Below the pieces are notes generated by a model. That model saw only the letters and a program-made list of their open reading frames with translations, was not told the origin of the DNA and did not search any database. A DNA stretch of 64,000 nt from the human T2T-CHM13v2.0 reference genome, Homo sapiens. This document shows positions 30,101 to 45,417 of the stretch, in pieces (positions within the stretch are counted from its first letter, which is position 1; each line of letters starts with the position of its first letter). A program made the position numbers and the translations under genes. The stretch is from NCBI RefSeq assembly GCF_009914755.1, contig NC_060929.1. One strand, written 5' to 3'.

Positions 30101-30616
30101 TGTTATCAACATAAAGTAATCAAAAGGGTCAGAATCTAGTTTAAAGTGAGTTTATTCGAGTACAAAGTTTGAGGACAAGCCCCCCAGGAAACAGAATTCA
30201 AGGAATGGAAGTCAGAGTTCCAAAGTGTAGACATTGGGGATCATTTATAGACAAAGTTCAGGGAAGTTTAACAGAATTTCACCATCTTTCTATGTAAGGT
30301 TTAATGCATAGTTACAACAATCTGATTAGTCAAAGTGGTCTTTTTCTTTTGAGAAATGTATATTTAAACATTCTACTCTGAAGATGTAATTGTCATGGGG
30401 CCTTGGGCACCATCATGTCTGAGTTAGGTACAAGACTATAGGGAGGCAGTTAATCTATAACAAAGATCAGTGATTGGAAAGGGGAGGTCTGGTCTCTTCT
30501 AGTCATTTATAGAATAAGAACAATGAGGAAGAGAGGTAAGCTATAATCTAAGATGCAGAATTGCAGACATGCCATGCGACTCACTCAGTTTCCAGGGCTT
30601 AACTTCCCCCTTGTCA
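30101..30616 (-). mobile_element. Old ERV1-like solo LTR
   Basis: TG...CA ends. The agtttattcgagtacaaagtttgagga segment resembles the reverse poly(A)-signal region of the LTRs at 18580 and 27431. Confidence 0.5.
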
Positions 30617-31011
30617 AAATCAATTTAGAAGATCCTGAAATTTTATTTTATTTTATACTTATATTATTAAACATGTTTTATTAGAATGTTTCATTGTTGT
30701 GGGGAGAATTCCTAAATTTCCTAAGCATAAACACTCTTTGTTTCTTTTCAGTATATATTTCTTCCCAGTACATGTTATTTGGACCTAAGTCTTCTGGGAT
30801 GGCAATAGAGATGCAATGGAGGTCAAATTCCATCCTTTTTAGAGGAATCTATACAAATTAGAGCTAGTAAGGATATAAAAGATCATTTTATCAGGTGCAT
30901 CATCCCTAAACATACATACACATTTACACACATAATGTAAAATCCTGTTAAAAGAAGACGCTTCCCAATATTCAAGGGCTGTATAGACGTGCTTTTAGAT
31001 TAAGAATTAGA

Positions 31012-31470
31012 TGCATTATGACAGATTTTGCTATGTAACAAACTGCCCCAAAACTTATTAACTCAAAACAGCAAGTATTGATGTCTCATGATTCTGTAGA
31101 TTGGCCAGGAAGTTCTTCCAGTCTGGGCTGTTATGTGAGTCAGTGATTCAAAACTATCCATCTAGGCCTTGAAGGCGGGGGCTAGCCTAACCTTTTTCTT
31201 CTGCCATGAGACTAACCCTGGCTTCTTCACGTGCGGGTGGAAGGGTTCCTAACAGCAACAGCTGACAAACTTAATGAGCAAGCACTTTTTCAGCCTCTGC
31301 CACAGTCACATTTTCTATCCTATTGGCTAAAGTAAATCACGAAGTCAGGCTCAGATTCAAGGGGTGTAGAAATAGGCTCCACTTCTGATGAGTGGCACGG
31401 CAAAGTCAACATTGCAAAAAGCCAGGCAGAGATATTACTGTGGCCAGTTTTGCAAACAATCCACCGTAAT
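31012..31470 (-). mobile_element. Old MaLR LTR (MLT1-family)
   Basis: gctatgtaacaaactgccccaaaactta ... tctcatgattctgt ... cctattggctaaagtaaatcac ... cagattcaaggggtg. Confidence 0.7.
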
Positions 31471-32679
31471 ACATAAAATATGTTTAAGAAGTCCACAAAA
31501 TGATCAAGGAAATGGTAGAAACTATAAACACTGCAAGAACTCAGAGCCACATGATGTTATTGAGTCCTTGTAGTGCTCTGAAAGGGTTCAAGGAAGAAGT
31601 TGTTTTGGCATATGACCCTGATGAACTTGCAAAAGTAGAGAAGAAGGGAGCACAGTTTCTGAAGAAGAACTTAGTAGAGAAGTGTTATTCTGTGGCCAGT
31701 ACGCAGTAATTGTTCCACCTAGAGATGTTGACTGACTGATGAACAGGAAGCTGAGTCTTTATAATGCAGATATTCACATATTCATTTACTCATCCTTTAT
31801 TGAAAACAACGCAAGGAGCCACTAGAAAATTTAAGCTCAAAAGAAACTCACTGGATGGATATGGGGTAAAGATTCAGAAGCACAGCTGAAGTAGCAGGTT
31901 TCACAAAGATTAGGGACAAAGGGCAATCTGGAAATCTAGGTAGCAGGAACTATTGAATAGACTCTTAAGCTGTCTGGGCGGACATGAGTCAGCTCCAACC
32001 AATTTTCTAACCTTGTGTCACCCACTCAAGATTGAAAGTCCTGGGAGAGAATCCAACTGGCCTTGCTCAGAAAACATTCCTGCCCCTTAGCTCAAAGAAA
32101 GAATAAAATAAATGACTCCTGGATTGTTAGCCTAAGCAACTTAGATGATCATGTCATTCATTTAGATGGGGAGATTGGAGGAGGAGCAGATTCATTGTGA
32201 AAATCAGGAAAACTCTTTTAGCTCTGTTAATTTTGAACTGCCCCTTAGTAATTCAGATAGAGCTCTTGAATAGGCAGTAAGTGAATCTGGAGTTCAAAGG
32301 GAAATTCAGGGAGTATAAAGTCCAACAAAACAAAAATATGGGAATCACTGGCTGTTAGATGCCATTTAGACCAGGGACTTGAAGGGAGCACCTTGGGAAA
32401 GAGACTAGATGGAACAGAAAGTCTGAGGACTAAAGACATTGCTCTCTAATAGTTCTGGTAGAGGAGGAAGATTCAGGAAACTAGACAGAAAGACAACAGT
32501 CATGAAGCTAATCAACAAGCTATGGGTAAGTCAGGGGAGTCTGCCATCCTGGAATCTTCCAGAGAGAAAAGTTTTTCAGAAAGGAAGGAGGGAAAACCAT
32601 TTCAGATGCTGCTGCAAGGTCAAGAAGAAGAAGACAAAAAGAGCAGACCCCTTACTTGAGAAGATAAATATTGTGACCT

Positions 32680-32935
32680 TGTCCCAGTGTTTTGGGAGGC
32701 TGAGGCAGGAGGATCACTTGAGGTCAGGAGTTTGAGGCCAGCCTAGGCAACATAGTGAGAACTCATCTCTACAAAATATAAGAATAAAATAATTAGCTGA
32801 GTAATCTCAGCTTCTTTGGAGGCTGAGGTGGGAGGATCCCTTGGGCCAGGAGTTTGAAGTGATTACTCCACTGCACTCCAGCCTGGGTGACAGGGCAAGA
32901 CTCTGCTCTAAAAAACTAAAAAAAAAATTAAAAAA
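32680..32935 (+). mobile_element. Degenerate, truncated AluJ
   Basis: tcccagtgttttgggaggctgaggcaggaggatcacttgagg ... ccactgcactccagcctgggtgacag plus an A tail. Confidence 0.88.
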
Positions 32936-32947
32936 ATATATTGAGAT

Positions 32948-33360
32948 TGTTGCAGAACTTTCTCCTTAGGTCAGCTAAAACTGGGCTCTTGTCACATGAC
33001 CAGGGAAGATTAGGCTTGCAGACACATAGAAGGGTGAGGAAAACATTTATTGGGAGAAAAGGAAAAAGAAAGAAAAACCCTCAGCAAAGCGAGAGGGAGT
33101 CTTGCCAACAACCTCCTGCCTCACAGATAGGTTACCACACGGAAACTGAAGAGGCCAGGCTCCTCCCCCTGCAAACAGCGCGAACTTCCCCTGGCTCCAC
33201 CCACTTCCCTCAGTGCGCAAGTGGGCATTATTTAGAGAGAATGAGCCAGGAAAGCGCGGGCTTCATCCAGGACCAGCAGTCCGGTTTTTCAGCCTTCAGG
33301 CTGTTTTAGACTTGGAGGCTGGGTTTCTCCGGGACCCTTGGCTGTCTCCTGTCTCTATCA
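32948..33360 (-). mobile_element. ERV1 solo LTR (MER61-like)
   Basis: TGTTGCAG ... TCTCTATCA, 413 bp, with a perfect 4-bp TSD agat (32944-32947 and 33361-33364). Confidence 0.8.
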
Positions 33361-33710
33361 AGATCTTAATAAGAGCCAACTCCACATGGTGGGACAAAAG
33401 ACCAAAGGGAGTAAAGGGAGAGGCTTAATGAGAAAATGAGAAATTAAATCATTTAATGAGTGATTTTATTTTCCAAGTAGAGGAGGAGAGGTACAAAATG
33501 AGTTTTGAGATTCATGTTGTGACAGGTAGCAATAGTGTCTTGCCATTTCTGTATTGTATTCCATTGTATAAATACTCCATGGTTCATTTACGTTTTTTAC
33601 CATTGATAGGCATTTGGATCGTTTGCAATTTGAGACTTTCGCAGAGTACTACTATTAACATTCTTATTTGTTCTTTTGGCAAACTCCAAAATATGTGTAC
33701 TTTTGTACAC

Positions 33711-33839
33711 ATGTAAACCCTAGGACCCAGTGATTTAATTCTTAAGTTTATATTCCAAAATATGTGTACTTCTTATTTTTCTACACATATTTTGGAATAT
33801 AAACTTAAGAATTAAATCACTGGGTCCTAGGGTTTACAT
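33711..33839. repeat. Perfect 58-bp inverted repeat with a 13-nt spacer
   Basis: 33711-33768 is the exact reverse complement of 33782-33839, checked base by base. Confidence 0.97.
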
Positions 33840-35164
33840 AGGTTTAGCTGGCAAACAATTTTCCAAAGAGCTTGTGCCAGTTTATACTCACATCCGCAAT
33901 GTATGAAAAGTCAAGTTGCTCCAAAGCATCACCAACACTGGATATTATCAGTTTATTTAACTCTGGGTGTTCCAGCAAATGTGTAATGGTATCTCCCTGT
34001 GGTTTTAATTTGCATTTTTCTGGTGACTTATGAGTTTGGGCATATTTTTGCTTATTGACCATTTATAATCCCTTTGTTGGGAAGTGCTTGTTTGACTCTT
34101 TTAACCATCTTTCTATCGGTTGCCTCTTTTTCTTATTGATCCATGAAAGCTCTTTATATATTCTATATACAAGTCTTTTTAAAAGTTTTTTAAAAACTTT
34201 TATTTAGCACATACCAAGTCAGGTGTTGTTCCAGGTGCTGAAATGGAGGAGAAGGAAATTTTCAGAAGATATGTGGCAAAGAGAAAAAAGCGTTAACCTT
34301 TGTGATTTGTGTTATTTGTTACTATCAAGTTGGCAATAATAAATATTTATTATAATTTGTAACACATATTTAAAATGTATTATATATAATATTTTATATT
34401 GTATCATATATAAAATCAACAGATTTTAATTAATTCAAAATTCAGTATCTTCACTGACATGTGTTAGCTTCCTAGCACTGGAATGTCATTTGCTTGCTTA
34501 CATATAAAGGTATAATAAATTTTAAATCTTCTGCTCAGATAAAGAAGTAGTGAATTATCTAAGATGTTTGAATGACTTAACATAAATATTTCTAAGGAAA
34601 GGGATAAATCACATAATTTTTCTGCATGGAAACCAAATAAAACAAATAAAAAGAAAGATGCGTTTATCAGTAGGGAAAGTGTCTAGAAAAAGTACATATA
34701 ACTATGCCTGACAATAGGCATATAGCCTACATGTAATTGATACATTTTAGAAGAAAGTGTGGAATCATTTTTAATATTATGTATGTAGAACTCTACCCTG
34801 AGTCAGGAGTTTCTTGTCATATGTTGAGGAGGGTAGAACAGAGTTACTAACACTAAATGAGACATTGAATAACCTATCTTTTGTTTTTATGGGTAAAAAA
34901 TATAGCGACCATAATATACCAGAAGTAAAAGAAATACAAATTAATATCTAATTTATTATATATATGGAATGAGCTGTGAAACTTCACCAAGAAGTCTTTC
35001 TTTGGGGCATATAAACTATTTGCACAATCTCTGACCTTCTTTTTCACTGCAATAATGGTTTTTTTTTTAACAATAAAAAATGTTTGGACTTAATGTGGTA
35101 CAATTTATCAATCTTTTTCTTTATGCGTAGTGATTTCTGTGTTCTCTTTAAGAAATTTTTGTCT

Positions 35165-35531
<367 letters not shown>

Positions 35532-38500
35532 TTAGCTTTCACATTTAGATCTACAGTCTAGGATCAAGTTTTATTTTGTCTTCATATAAATAAGTAATTG
35601 ACCCTTAGCCATTTGTTGATAAGCTTATACTTTCCTTACGTCACCACAGAACCACATTTGTTATTAATCAAGTCACCATCTATGTATGGGTTTCCTGACT
35701 CTGTTCCATTGATTCATTTGTATACTCTTGCATATTTATCACTCTGTTTTAATTACTGTAGTTTTATACTGGATTTTCAGTAATTCATCTTTGGATTATG
35801 TTGGCTACAGTTGGTTCTTTAAAATTCCATATAAATTTCATAAGTAGCTTTTCAATTTGTATTTTAAAGCTGCTGGTATGTATATTGGGTACATGGAGTC
35901 TATAGATTAATTCAGGGATAACTAACATCTTTTTAAAATATCAAATTTCCAATTCATACATTTTATATATATATATATATGTGTGTGTACATGCATATAC
36001 ATATATATGCGTATACATTTCCTTATTTATGTAGATATTCCTTAATTTCTCTCTTTGGTTTTAGTTTTTCATGTAGAGGTCTAGCGTATTTGTCTTTAGA
36101 CTGATGACTAGGTATTTGATAAGATTACAAGTGGTATTATTTATCAAAATTGTATTTCTTGCTAGTTTGGTGCTTATATACTAAAATACAATTGATTATT
36201 AATATTGACTTTGTGTTCAGTGACCTGGCTAAATTCTCTTATTAATTATACTAGTTGTCCCATAGGTTTTCTTGGATTTTCAATATTTACATTCATGTGA
36301 TTTACTAATAGTGGCAGGTTCATTTCTTCCCTTTCAATCTTGCCTTTTCTTTCCATGCATATTGCACATGCATTGAGAACAATGTTGAATAAAAGTAGTG
36401 ATAATGGACATCTTTGTCTCTTTTTCCCGAGTTCACAGGGAAGGTTTTCAATATATCAAGAGTTTATAAAATATTTGCTGTAGGCTATTTGTAGATATCC
36501 TTTATCACAATAAGAAAGTTTCTTTTCTGTCCTAAGTCACTAGAAGTTTTTTTTTTTTTAACATGAATGAGTACAATATTTTATCAAATACTTTTGTTTT
36601 ACTGAGGTCATTTCTATTGTGAGTGAAGCAAGTTGATTTGTAAATATTAAAGCAATCTTGATTTCCAAAAGTAAATGCTAGTTGGTCATGTTCTATTATC
36701 CTCTTGTGTATATTACTGGCTACAATAAAATATTTGTTTTTTATATTTTTTATATTATTATTCATACATTATTTATGTATGTTATTTATTATTTATAAAT
36801 ATGTATTCTATTTATATATATTCCTACATATATTTTAAGATGTACATAGACAAGTTTGAATGGTAACAAGAATGAGCCAACTGAGAGGAAGAAATTGGTA
36901 ATGTAGTAAAGAGCGGGGATGATTGCCAAGTCAGGTCCTGCAGGTGGTGAGATGAATGTGACTCAGGGCACAGGTGAATGAGCTGACCTTAGGTGGAAGT
37001 GGGGACCCTTCCTTCATGTACTAGGAGAGAAAGCAGAGTTTGAAGTCTGTATGTGTGTGAGCTGCTGGGCTTCTCAGAGGGCAGATGAAATAGTTCTTAT
37101 GCCATTGCCTGTGTTTTCCCTGTGGTATATGAGGCCATCCACTGAGAATGAAGGTGGTCAGAGTATAGGAAATTTTGAGATGCCGAGAAGATCTGTGAAA
37201 TTAGTAGAGAATTAGAATAGGATTTTCTAAGTATCCATTTGAGACTTGTAGTTATAATTAAACAAGAATCTATCCTGCAGATTTGTATTTTTCTCCTTAG
37301 ATTGCACTTAATAGATCACCAGTTCATTTTTGTTGCTGTTTAAAAGCATATTGAGTTTAAGCAGGATTGGAGTTTAATTGGGTGAGGTATTCTCACTGTG
37401 ACTAAGTTTGATGAATTGAAAAGCGTAGTTGTAGAAAGGAAACTCAAGAAGGAAATTCTTGGGGAAACTTAAAGAATCGTATATATGCAATGTCACTTTT
37501 TAAGACAACTAATATTTTTAAGAATTTACTACTTTTGAGGTGCTGTACTAATATATTACATGTATAATTTCATATATCTTCAACTACTAGTTCCTGTAAA
37601 TAAGTATGCTGATGATGACACGTTCCATTTCTTTCGATAGCCACAAAAACAGGAAGTGATGACAAAGCTGGATTCTAACTCCTGACTCCCAAATTCTCTA
37701 AGACCCTCAGCATTAACATATATTTTATTTTAATGTTATTATATATGTATCATTACTTTTACAACTCTTAAACCAAACATTTTAAAATTAGCTACAACTG
37801 CAAAATCAACTTAAAAATTTCAAAGAGCCATTTAACATGATAAATTAAAATATTTTAGTAAAACAAAATCACCACTGATACTTTAATATTCTTAGGTCTG
37901 AGAAAAACCATTATGTCGTATTATTCCTGCGTTCCTGGTAGCGTTTCTACTGCTGGACATCAGAAATAGAGAATAGTAGAGCCCCTGAGATAAGAGCAGA
38001 GACAGGGGAAAAGCAAAACATTTCTGAAGAGGCAGTTGGCCTAGTTTGGCTATAATCACTAGACGGGTAAAGGAACATTGGGTGCATTAAAAGTAGAGAG
38101 CCTGGGATGAAGGCGTGAAGGCTGAGTAAGAATCTCTTCACTTGGTAGTAATTCTAGTTCATCCCCCTCTGACCTGCAATTCTGAACATGGTGTAGCTTG
38201 GTCAATAAGGAAATAAATTGCCTTTCTGGCTGGAGAGGCAAAGGGTAGACAATACATTGTGCCAGCTGAACTTCCTGTCTCTCCACTCTGGAGAAGAGCC
38301 AGTCACAATGTATGACTCAGCACGCCGGGCACCTCTCCCACGCCAGCCAGGCCTGCCCAGCCACTTGCTGAATCACAAGTGGCCATTTCCAATCCCATCA
38401 GTGACCCAAGCTCTCCAACTTAGACTAGTTTCTCTGTGATCGGTCTATGATTGTCATGGAGCACAAAAAGTATTAACTTCTAACATTTATTTTTCTTTCC

Positions 38501-39385
38501 TGGATGCTTGATGAACTTTATAAGCAAGAGACTGATTTAATTGTTCCTCATTATCATCTGAGCATGCCGTCTTGGCTTGCCCTTTTATATGGAGAGCAAA
38601 ATGTTGTTATTCCCCTTTGCCTGATTACTGGCTGTATTATTCTCTGAGGTGGCCATCTCAAGAGATTCTGTAGAAAATAATAATAGCAAAATTTCTCCCT
38701 TGAGAAGCTTCATAAATTAAATCTCCAGAGCCAGTATATGTAAGCCGACAGATTATGAAATATGATTTAATGCTCTGTCCAGAGAAAGGTCAGGGCTTCA
38801 GAAAAATCATCATAATATCAAGAAAAACTAATCTGCAACCTGTTATATGATTTTTAAAAATCACCCCCCATCTTTTTTACTGTGCAAACTGTAGATTTTT
38901 GTTTATTTTATTTGAGGCTATAGTTTATGTCTTGAATCACACACATATGAGTATTACTTTCTGTGAAGTTTTCATGACCCCTGCAATCAAACTTGGGTCC
39001 TTCTGTTAGTTTCTATCACAGTATCCTTCACTTTTCTTTCACAATTCTTGCCATATTCTATAACTACATATTTGTTTGTTAAATATTTGTTTATCTTTTA
39101 TAGATGATTGGCTTCAGGAAGAGGGAAACCATGTCCTTTTGTTCAGTCCTTTATTCTCAGCACCTTGCACAACATGAATATACAAAAAATATTTGTAAAA
39201 TGACCATCGAATGAACAAGTGCTCATTAAGTACCAAGCTATATGCCAGGGGTTGCTGATGGTTAGAAATGAGCAGGGCACAAAATTCTTTGTTCAATTAG
39301 TGAGCAATTCAGGCAAAAAGAAAATATTAATGGTGATTATACAATATAATGCAATGCAGCCATCTGCCACTAGATTTCTGAAGTG

Positions 39386-39716
39386 TTTTGTTTTGTTTTT
39401 AAGAGACAGAGTCTTGCTCTGTCACCCAGACTGGAGTACAGTGGTAAAATCATAGCTCACTTCAGTCTCGAACTCCTGGGCTCAAGGAATCCTCTCACCT
39501 CAACCTCCTAAGTAGCTGGGACTACAGGTGCATGCCACTATACTGGCTAATTTAAAAACAGAAGCCAACAAACAAAAAACACACCTTTTTAAGACTGGGT
39601 CTCACTATGTTGCCCAGGCTGGCCTTGAACTCCTGGCCTCAAGCGATCATCCTGCCTTCCAAAGTGCTACCTTCTAGAGTATTGGGATTACAAGCGTGAG
39701 TCATCTGCACCAGGCC
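39386..39716 (-). mobile_element. Alu (AluJ-like)
   Basis: gagacagagtcttgctctgtcacccagactggagtacagtgg ... gaactcctggcctcaagcgatc. Confidence 0.9.
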
Positions 39717-39919
39717 TGAAGCATTCTGTAATGGAGAAATACCTGGGTGCTATGGAAGGGCAGAGGGGGAAACACAGAGGAGTAACATCTAATTTACGTT
39801 TGTCAAGGAGAGGCCAGGAAAGACTAACTACAGGGGAGATAAACTCCAACCAAGAGTCTTTAAGTCTTCCAAGACTTACGTACAAGTTTCTTATTGCTAA
39901 AATGGAAGTTTTAATGAAC

Positions 39920-40234
<315 letters not shown>

Positions 40235-40776
40235 TAAATATTATATGGTAGTTCTCTCAAATTCATTCTGTTTACTGCCCAAAAGAGCTACATAAATTCT
40301 AAGTTGTCCACATTTATGAATTTTAGATATATGGCTGTTTATTCTGGATAAACACACAAAATACACAAGAGTGGGTGCGATCACTTATATGTGTTAAAGA
40401 AGGCATTCAAGGTGCATTTTTTCTTTGGAAAAGCTTTGTAAGGCTGCTTATGAGACAGAGAAGTAAGTATTTTATAAATTCCAAAGCTTCTTGGTCTATT
40501 GATGAGTTTTTCTGCTGTTAAAAACCTCTGAAAATTTGACAACGTACTCTAGAGAGAGAAAGCGCTGAAATAGGCACTGACGTACTGCTGGTGGCAATTC
40601 AAAATGATATGCACCCTATGGAGATAAATTTGGCAATATCAAGCAAACATTACATATACCTTTGCCCTTTGTTTTGACAAATCTTTGTTTTAGCAAACCC
40701 TCTTCTATACATCTATAATGACATTAGACTGCCCAGAATACAAGAAGGCAACCACAGTGGGCCAGTACTACTACTG

Positions 40777-41087
40777 GGCTAGATGTGGTGGCTCACACCT
40801 GTAACCACAACATTTTGGGAGGCTAAGGTAGGAAGGCTGCTTGAGGCCAGCCTGGGCAACATAGTGAGACCTCATCTCTACAAAAAAAAAAAAAAAAAAA
40901 AATTAGCCAGTCATGGTGGTACATGCCTGTAGTCTCAGCTACTCAGGAGGCTGAGATGGAAGGACAGGTTGAGCCTTGGAAGTGGAGGCTGCGGGGAACT
41001 ATGAATATGCCACAGCACTCCAGCCTGTGCTACAGAGAGAGACTCCGTCTTAAAAAACAAAACAAAATAACAACAACAACAAACAAA
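40777..41087 (+). mobile_element. Alu (AluJ-like) with an expanded middle A tract and a (CAA)n tail
   Basis: gtggtggctcacacctgta ... long A run ... cactccagcctg ... aacaacaacaac. Confidence 0.9.
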
Positions 41088-42019
41088 GATAGATGCATAG
41101 AGTTTTTCACTGTTGCACTATTTATATTAGCCAAAAACCGGGAAACAACCTGAATATTCATCAAGTGGGGACAGGTTGAGTAATCATGTGACATACATAA
41201 ATTGCAGCACTGCACACTTGAGAAAAGAAGTGAGAAATGTCTCTATTTCCTAGTGTGGTTTGCTCTCCAGAGTATACTGTTAAGTGAAAAAAGCACTGTG
41301 GCCTCAAATTTATCTATAGATTCTATACAATCCCCATCAAAATCTCAGCTGGCTTCTTTGCAGAAATCCACAAGCTGATCTTAAAATGTGTATAGAAATC
41401 CAAGGGACTCAAAATTCAATAAATTCAAAGACTAGCCAAAACAATCTTGAAAAAGAAGAGCAAAGTTGGAGGGCTCATACTTTTCAGTTTCGAAAGTTGT
41501 TATGAAGCTACAATAATCAAGATAGGGTGGTCCTGGCATAAGGATAAACATGGAACAGAATTGAGCATCTAAAAATAAAGCCTCATATTTCCAGTCAATT
41601 GACTTTTAACCAGGGTGCCAAGAAAATTCAATGGGGGAAGAATTTGTCTTTTCAACAACTGGTGCTGGGACAACTGTATATCCAAATGTAAAAGAATGAA
41701 ATTGGAACCCTACCTCACACCATGTACAAAATTAGCTCAAAATGGAAAACAGAGGTAAATATAAGAACTTAATGTATAAAATTCTTCGAAGAAAATACAG
41801 AAGTAGATGATCAAGACCTTGTAATCACTAATTGTTCCTCAGATATGACCCCAAAAGAACAAGTACTAAAAAAAAAAGTAGACAAATTGGACACCATCAA
41901 AATTGAAAACTTTTATGCTTTTTATACTTCAAAGTCACTATCAAAAAAGTGAAAAGTCACCCCAGAGAATGGGGAGAAAATATTTGCAAATCATATATCT
42001 ACTAAAGGATGTGCATTTA

Positions 42020-42333
<314 letters not shown>

Positions 42334-42524
42334 AGAACAAAGATTTCTTCCAAGTCAATAATAAAAACAGAAAATGCAATTTAAAAATGGATAAAGAATC
42401 TGAGTAGTTTTACATTAAAAGATAAATAAATGGTCAGTGAGCACTTCAAAAGATCCTGAGCATTACTAAACATTAGAGAAATGCAAATCAAAATCACAAT
42501 GAGATGTCATTTCATACCTATTGC

Positions 42525-42838
42525 TTTCTTTTTCTTTTTTTTTTTTTTTGAGACAGAATCTTGCTCTATCTTCCAGGCTGGAGTGCAGTGTGTGTGATCA
42601 TGAAAATGGCTCACTGCAGCCTCAACATCCTGGGCTCAAGTCATCCTCCTGCCTCAGCCTCTTGAGTAGCTGGGACTGCAGGCATGTGCCACCGCACCAG
42701 ACAATTTTTTTTTTCTTTTGTAGACACAGTGTCTCACTATGTTGCCCAGGCTGGTCTGAAACTCCTGGGTTGAAGCAATCTTTCTGCCTCAGCCCCCCAA
42801 AGTGCTGTAAGTATAGGTGTGAGCCACCACACTGGGCC
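42525..42838 (-). mobile_element. Alu (AluJ-like)
   Basis: Poly-T plus gagacagaatcttgctct ... gtgagccaccacactgggcc. Confidence 0.92.
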
Positions 42839-44442
42839 AGTACTATTCTTTAAAAAATGGGAAATAACAAGTGTTGGAGAGGATGTAGAGAAACTGGAGC
42901 CTTTGTACATTGATAGTGGGAATGTAATGTGGTACAGCCACTGAAGAAAACAGTTGGACAGTTCTTCAAAAAGTTAAACATAGAGTTTCCATTTGATCCA
43001 ACAATTCCGTTACTCAATATTTACTCAAAATAATTGAAAGCAGGGACTCAAATAGATACTTGCACACCAGTGTTCACAGCAGCATTATTCATAATAGTCA
43101 AAAGGTAGAAATAACCCGAATGTCCATCAACAGATGAATGGATAAACACCACATAGTATGTGCCTATGATGGAATATTACTCAGCCTTATAAAGGAGTAA
43201 AATTCTGATATACACTACAACATGGATGAACCTTGAAATCTTATAATAAATGAAATAATCCAGACACAAAAGGACCAATATTATATGATTCCACTTAGAT
43301 GAGATGCCTAGAACAGACAAATTCATAGAAACAGAAAATAAAATAGAGGTTACCAGGAGTTGGAGAGGAGGAATAAGGAGTTATTATTAAATGGGTATAG
43401 AGTTTCTGTTAGCAATGATGAAAATGTTCTAAAAATGGACAGTGGTGATGGTTGTAGAACATTCTGAACGTACATAGTGCCACTGAATTGTACTTAAAGT
43501 GGTTAAAATGATAAATTATATGATATGTATATTTTACCACAATAGAAAAAAATACAAGAAGTTACCAGTGGGGAAAAGGAGGGATTACAGAAGACAGGGA
43601 TAACAGCACGACTTTTCTCAGTATACCTTGTTTTTCGTATTTGACTTTGAAAATATGTACATACTTTATATAACTAGAAAACAAAATTAAATCTTAAAAC
43701 AATCCCAAAAATGGAATGTAAAAAAAATGAAACCAATTAATCTAAGTATATATCCAGTTTGTGGCATAACCACACAAAAATGAACTATTCCAAGTGACTT
43801 TTGAACAGAAAATTACTATATACCATCAGTAGAATATATCCTAATAACAAGAAAGAACAGCAAAAATATCTTAAAGTGTTTTCAGTAATGGCATTGTTGG
43901 GGGTAATGTTGATACTGTTATTTTGAAAGTGTTGAGTGTATACAGTGGGATAGAACCAACAAGTATTTATAATGATATCATTGAGAACCAAGATTTTCAT
44001 TGAGGGAGAAGACTGATGAAGTTAAGAATTTCTGTAATCTTGAATGTAAACTGAAAGCATTATTATGAAATGTGTGATGTGTTTATCTTAGTTTACCTTT
44101 GAATATGTGTATATTTATAACTATACATCTATAGCAGCAGACACTTCTGTCACCCAGATTGTCTGAAACAGGAAATATACAAGATAGCCAGCAATATGTT
44201 TTCATATTCTACAGTTACAAAGCTGTCAAAACTTACTAGGGTTATGTCAAACAAAACATGATCTAACATGACTATGTTCCTACTGGCTGAAGAATGAACA
44301 TTATGAACTGAACATCAATAAGAATAATGACATCAAACCCAGGAGTTCATTATAATATATTTTTAAGTATATTGATTGCTTTTGGAGGGTTCTAGGAAAC
44401 AAACAAATCATTTTGAAAAGTGGTAAATAAAGGAAAGACTTC

Positions 44443-44675
44443 AGTTCAAGACCAGTCTGAGCAACATAGTAAGACCCCATCTCTACAAAAAATTAAAATA
44501 TCAGCTGAGCATTGTGGTGTACATCTTTAGTCCTAGCCACTTGAAGGCTGAGGCTGGAGGATTGCCTGAGCCCAGGAGTTCAAGGCTGCAGTGAACTATG
44601 ATGGCACCACTGTGGTCCAGCCAGGGTTAAATAGCAAGACCCTGTTTCTGGCGAAAAAAAAAAAAAAAAAAAAAA
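44443..44675 (+). mobile_element. 5'-truncated AluJ
   Basis: gttcaagaccagtctgagcaacatagtaagacccc ... poly-A, with TSD-like aagga(a)agactt on both sides. Confidence 0.88.
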
Positions 44676-45097
44676 GGAAGACTTAAACATACCTTTCCTA
44701 TATGAACTGTGCCTCGGAGTAACTAAATAATTGATTAAAGCAAGTTTCTCTGTATAAAAGTACTCCAGCTAAAACATTAAGGAGAAATGATAGAATTCAA
44801 ATATCACAACCCCTAAGGAATTTTTGCATCAAGACAACAATAATTAATGACTGATAACACCACACACAGAATACAGACTTATTAATTGTATAACTCCTGA
44901 TCAAGTGCATACCACTATCTGTGAAATAGTTTTGCCAAAAAAAAAAAAAAAAATCTAACCTAAACTTGAACAAGCCTCTAGATCTAACCACCAATTTTTA
45001 CAAACTACAAAGAATTGTGGAATGTATAGATTGACGTGACATGAAGGCAATCGGCAAAGTCCAGACTGTGAAAATACTACAGCAAACATTTAGGGTC

Positions 45098-45417
<320 letters not shown>

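Noticed and set aside
31500-31709. Protein-like ORF (KGFKEEVVLAYDPDELAKVEKKG) as a retrocopy fragment
   Set aside because: The purine-rich nucleotide pattern resembles degenerate L2 sequence. There is no recognisable protein match, poly-A or TSD.
32948-33360. MER61-type p53 response element
   Set aside because: I could not find an intact pair of RRRCWWGYYY decamers in this copy.
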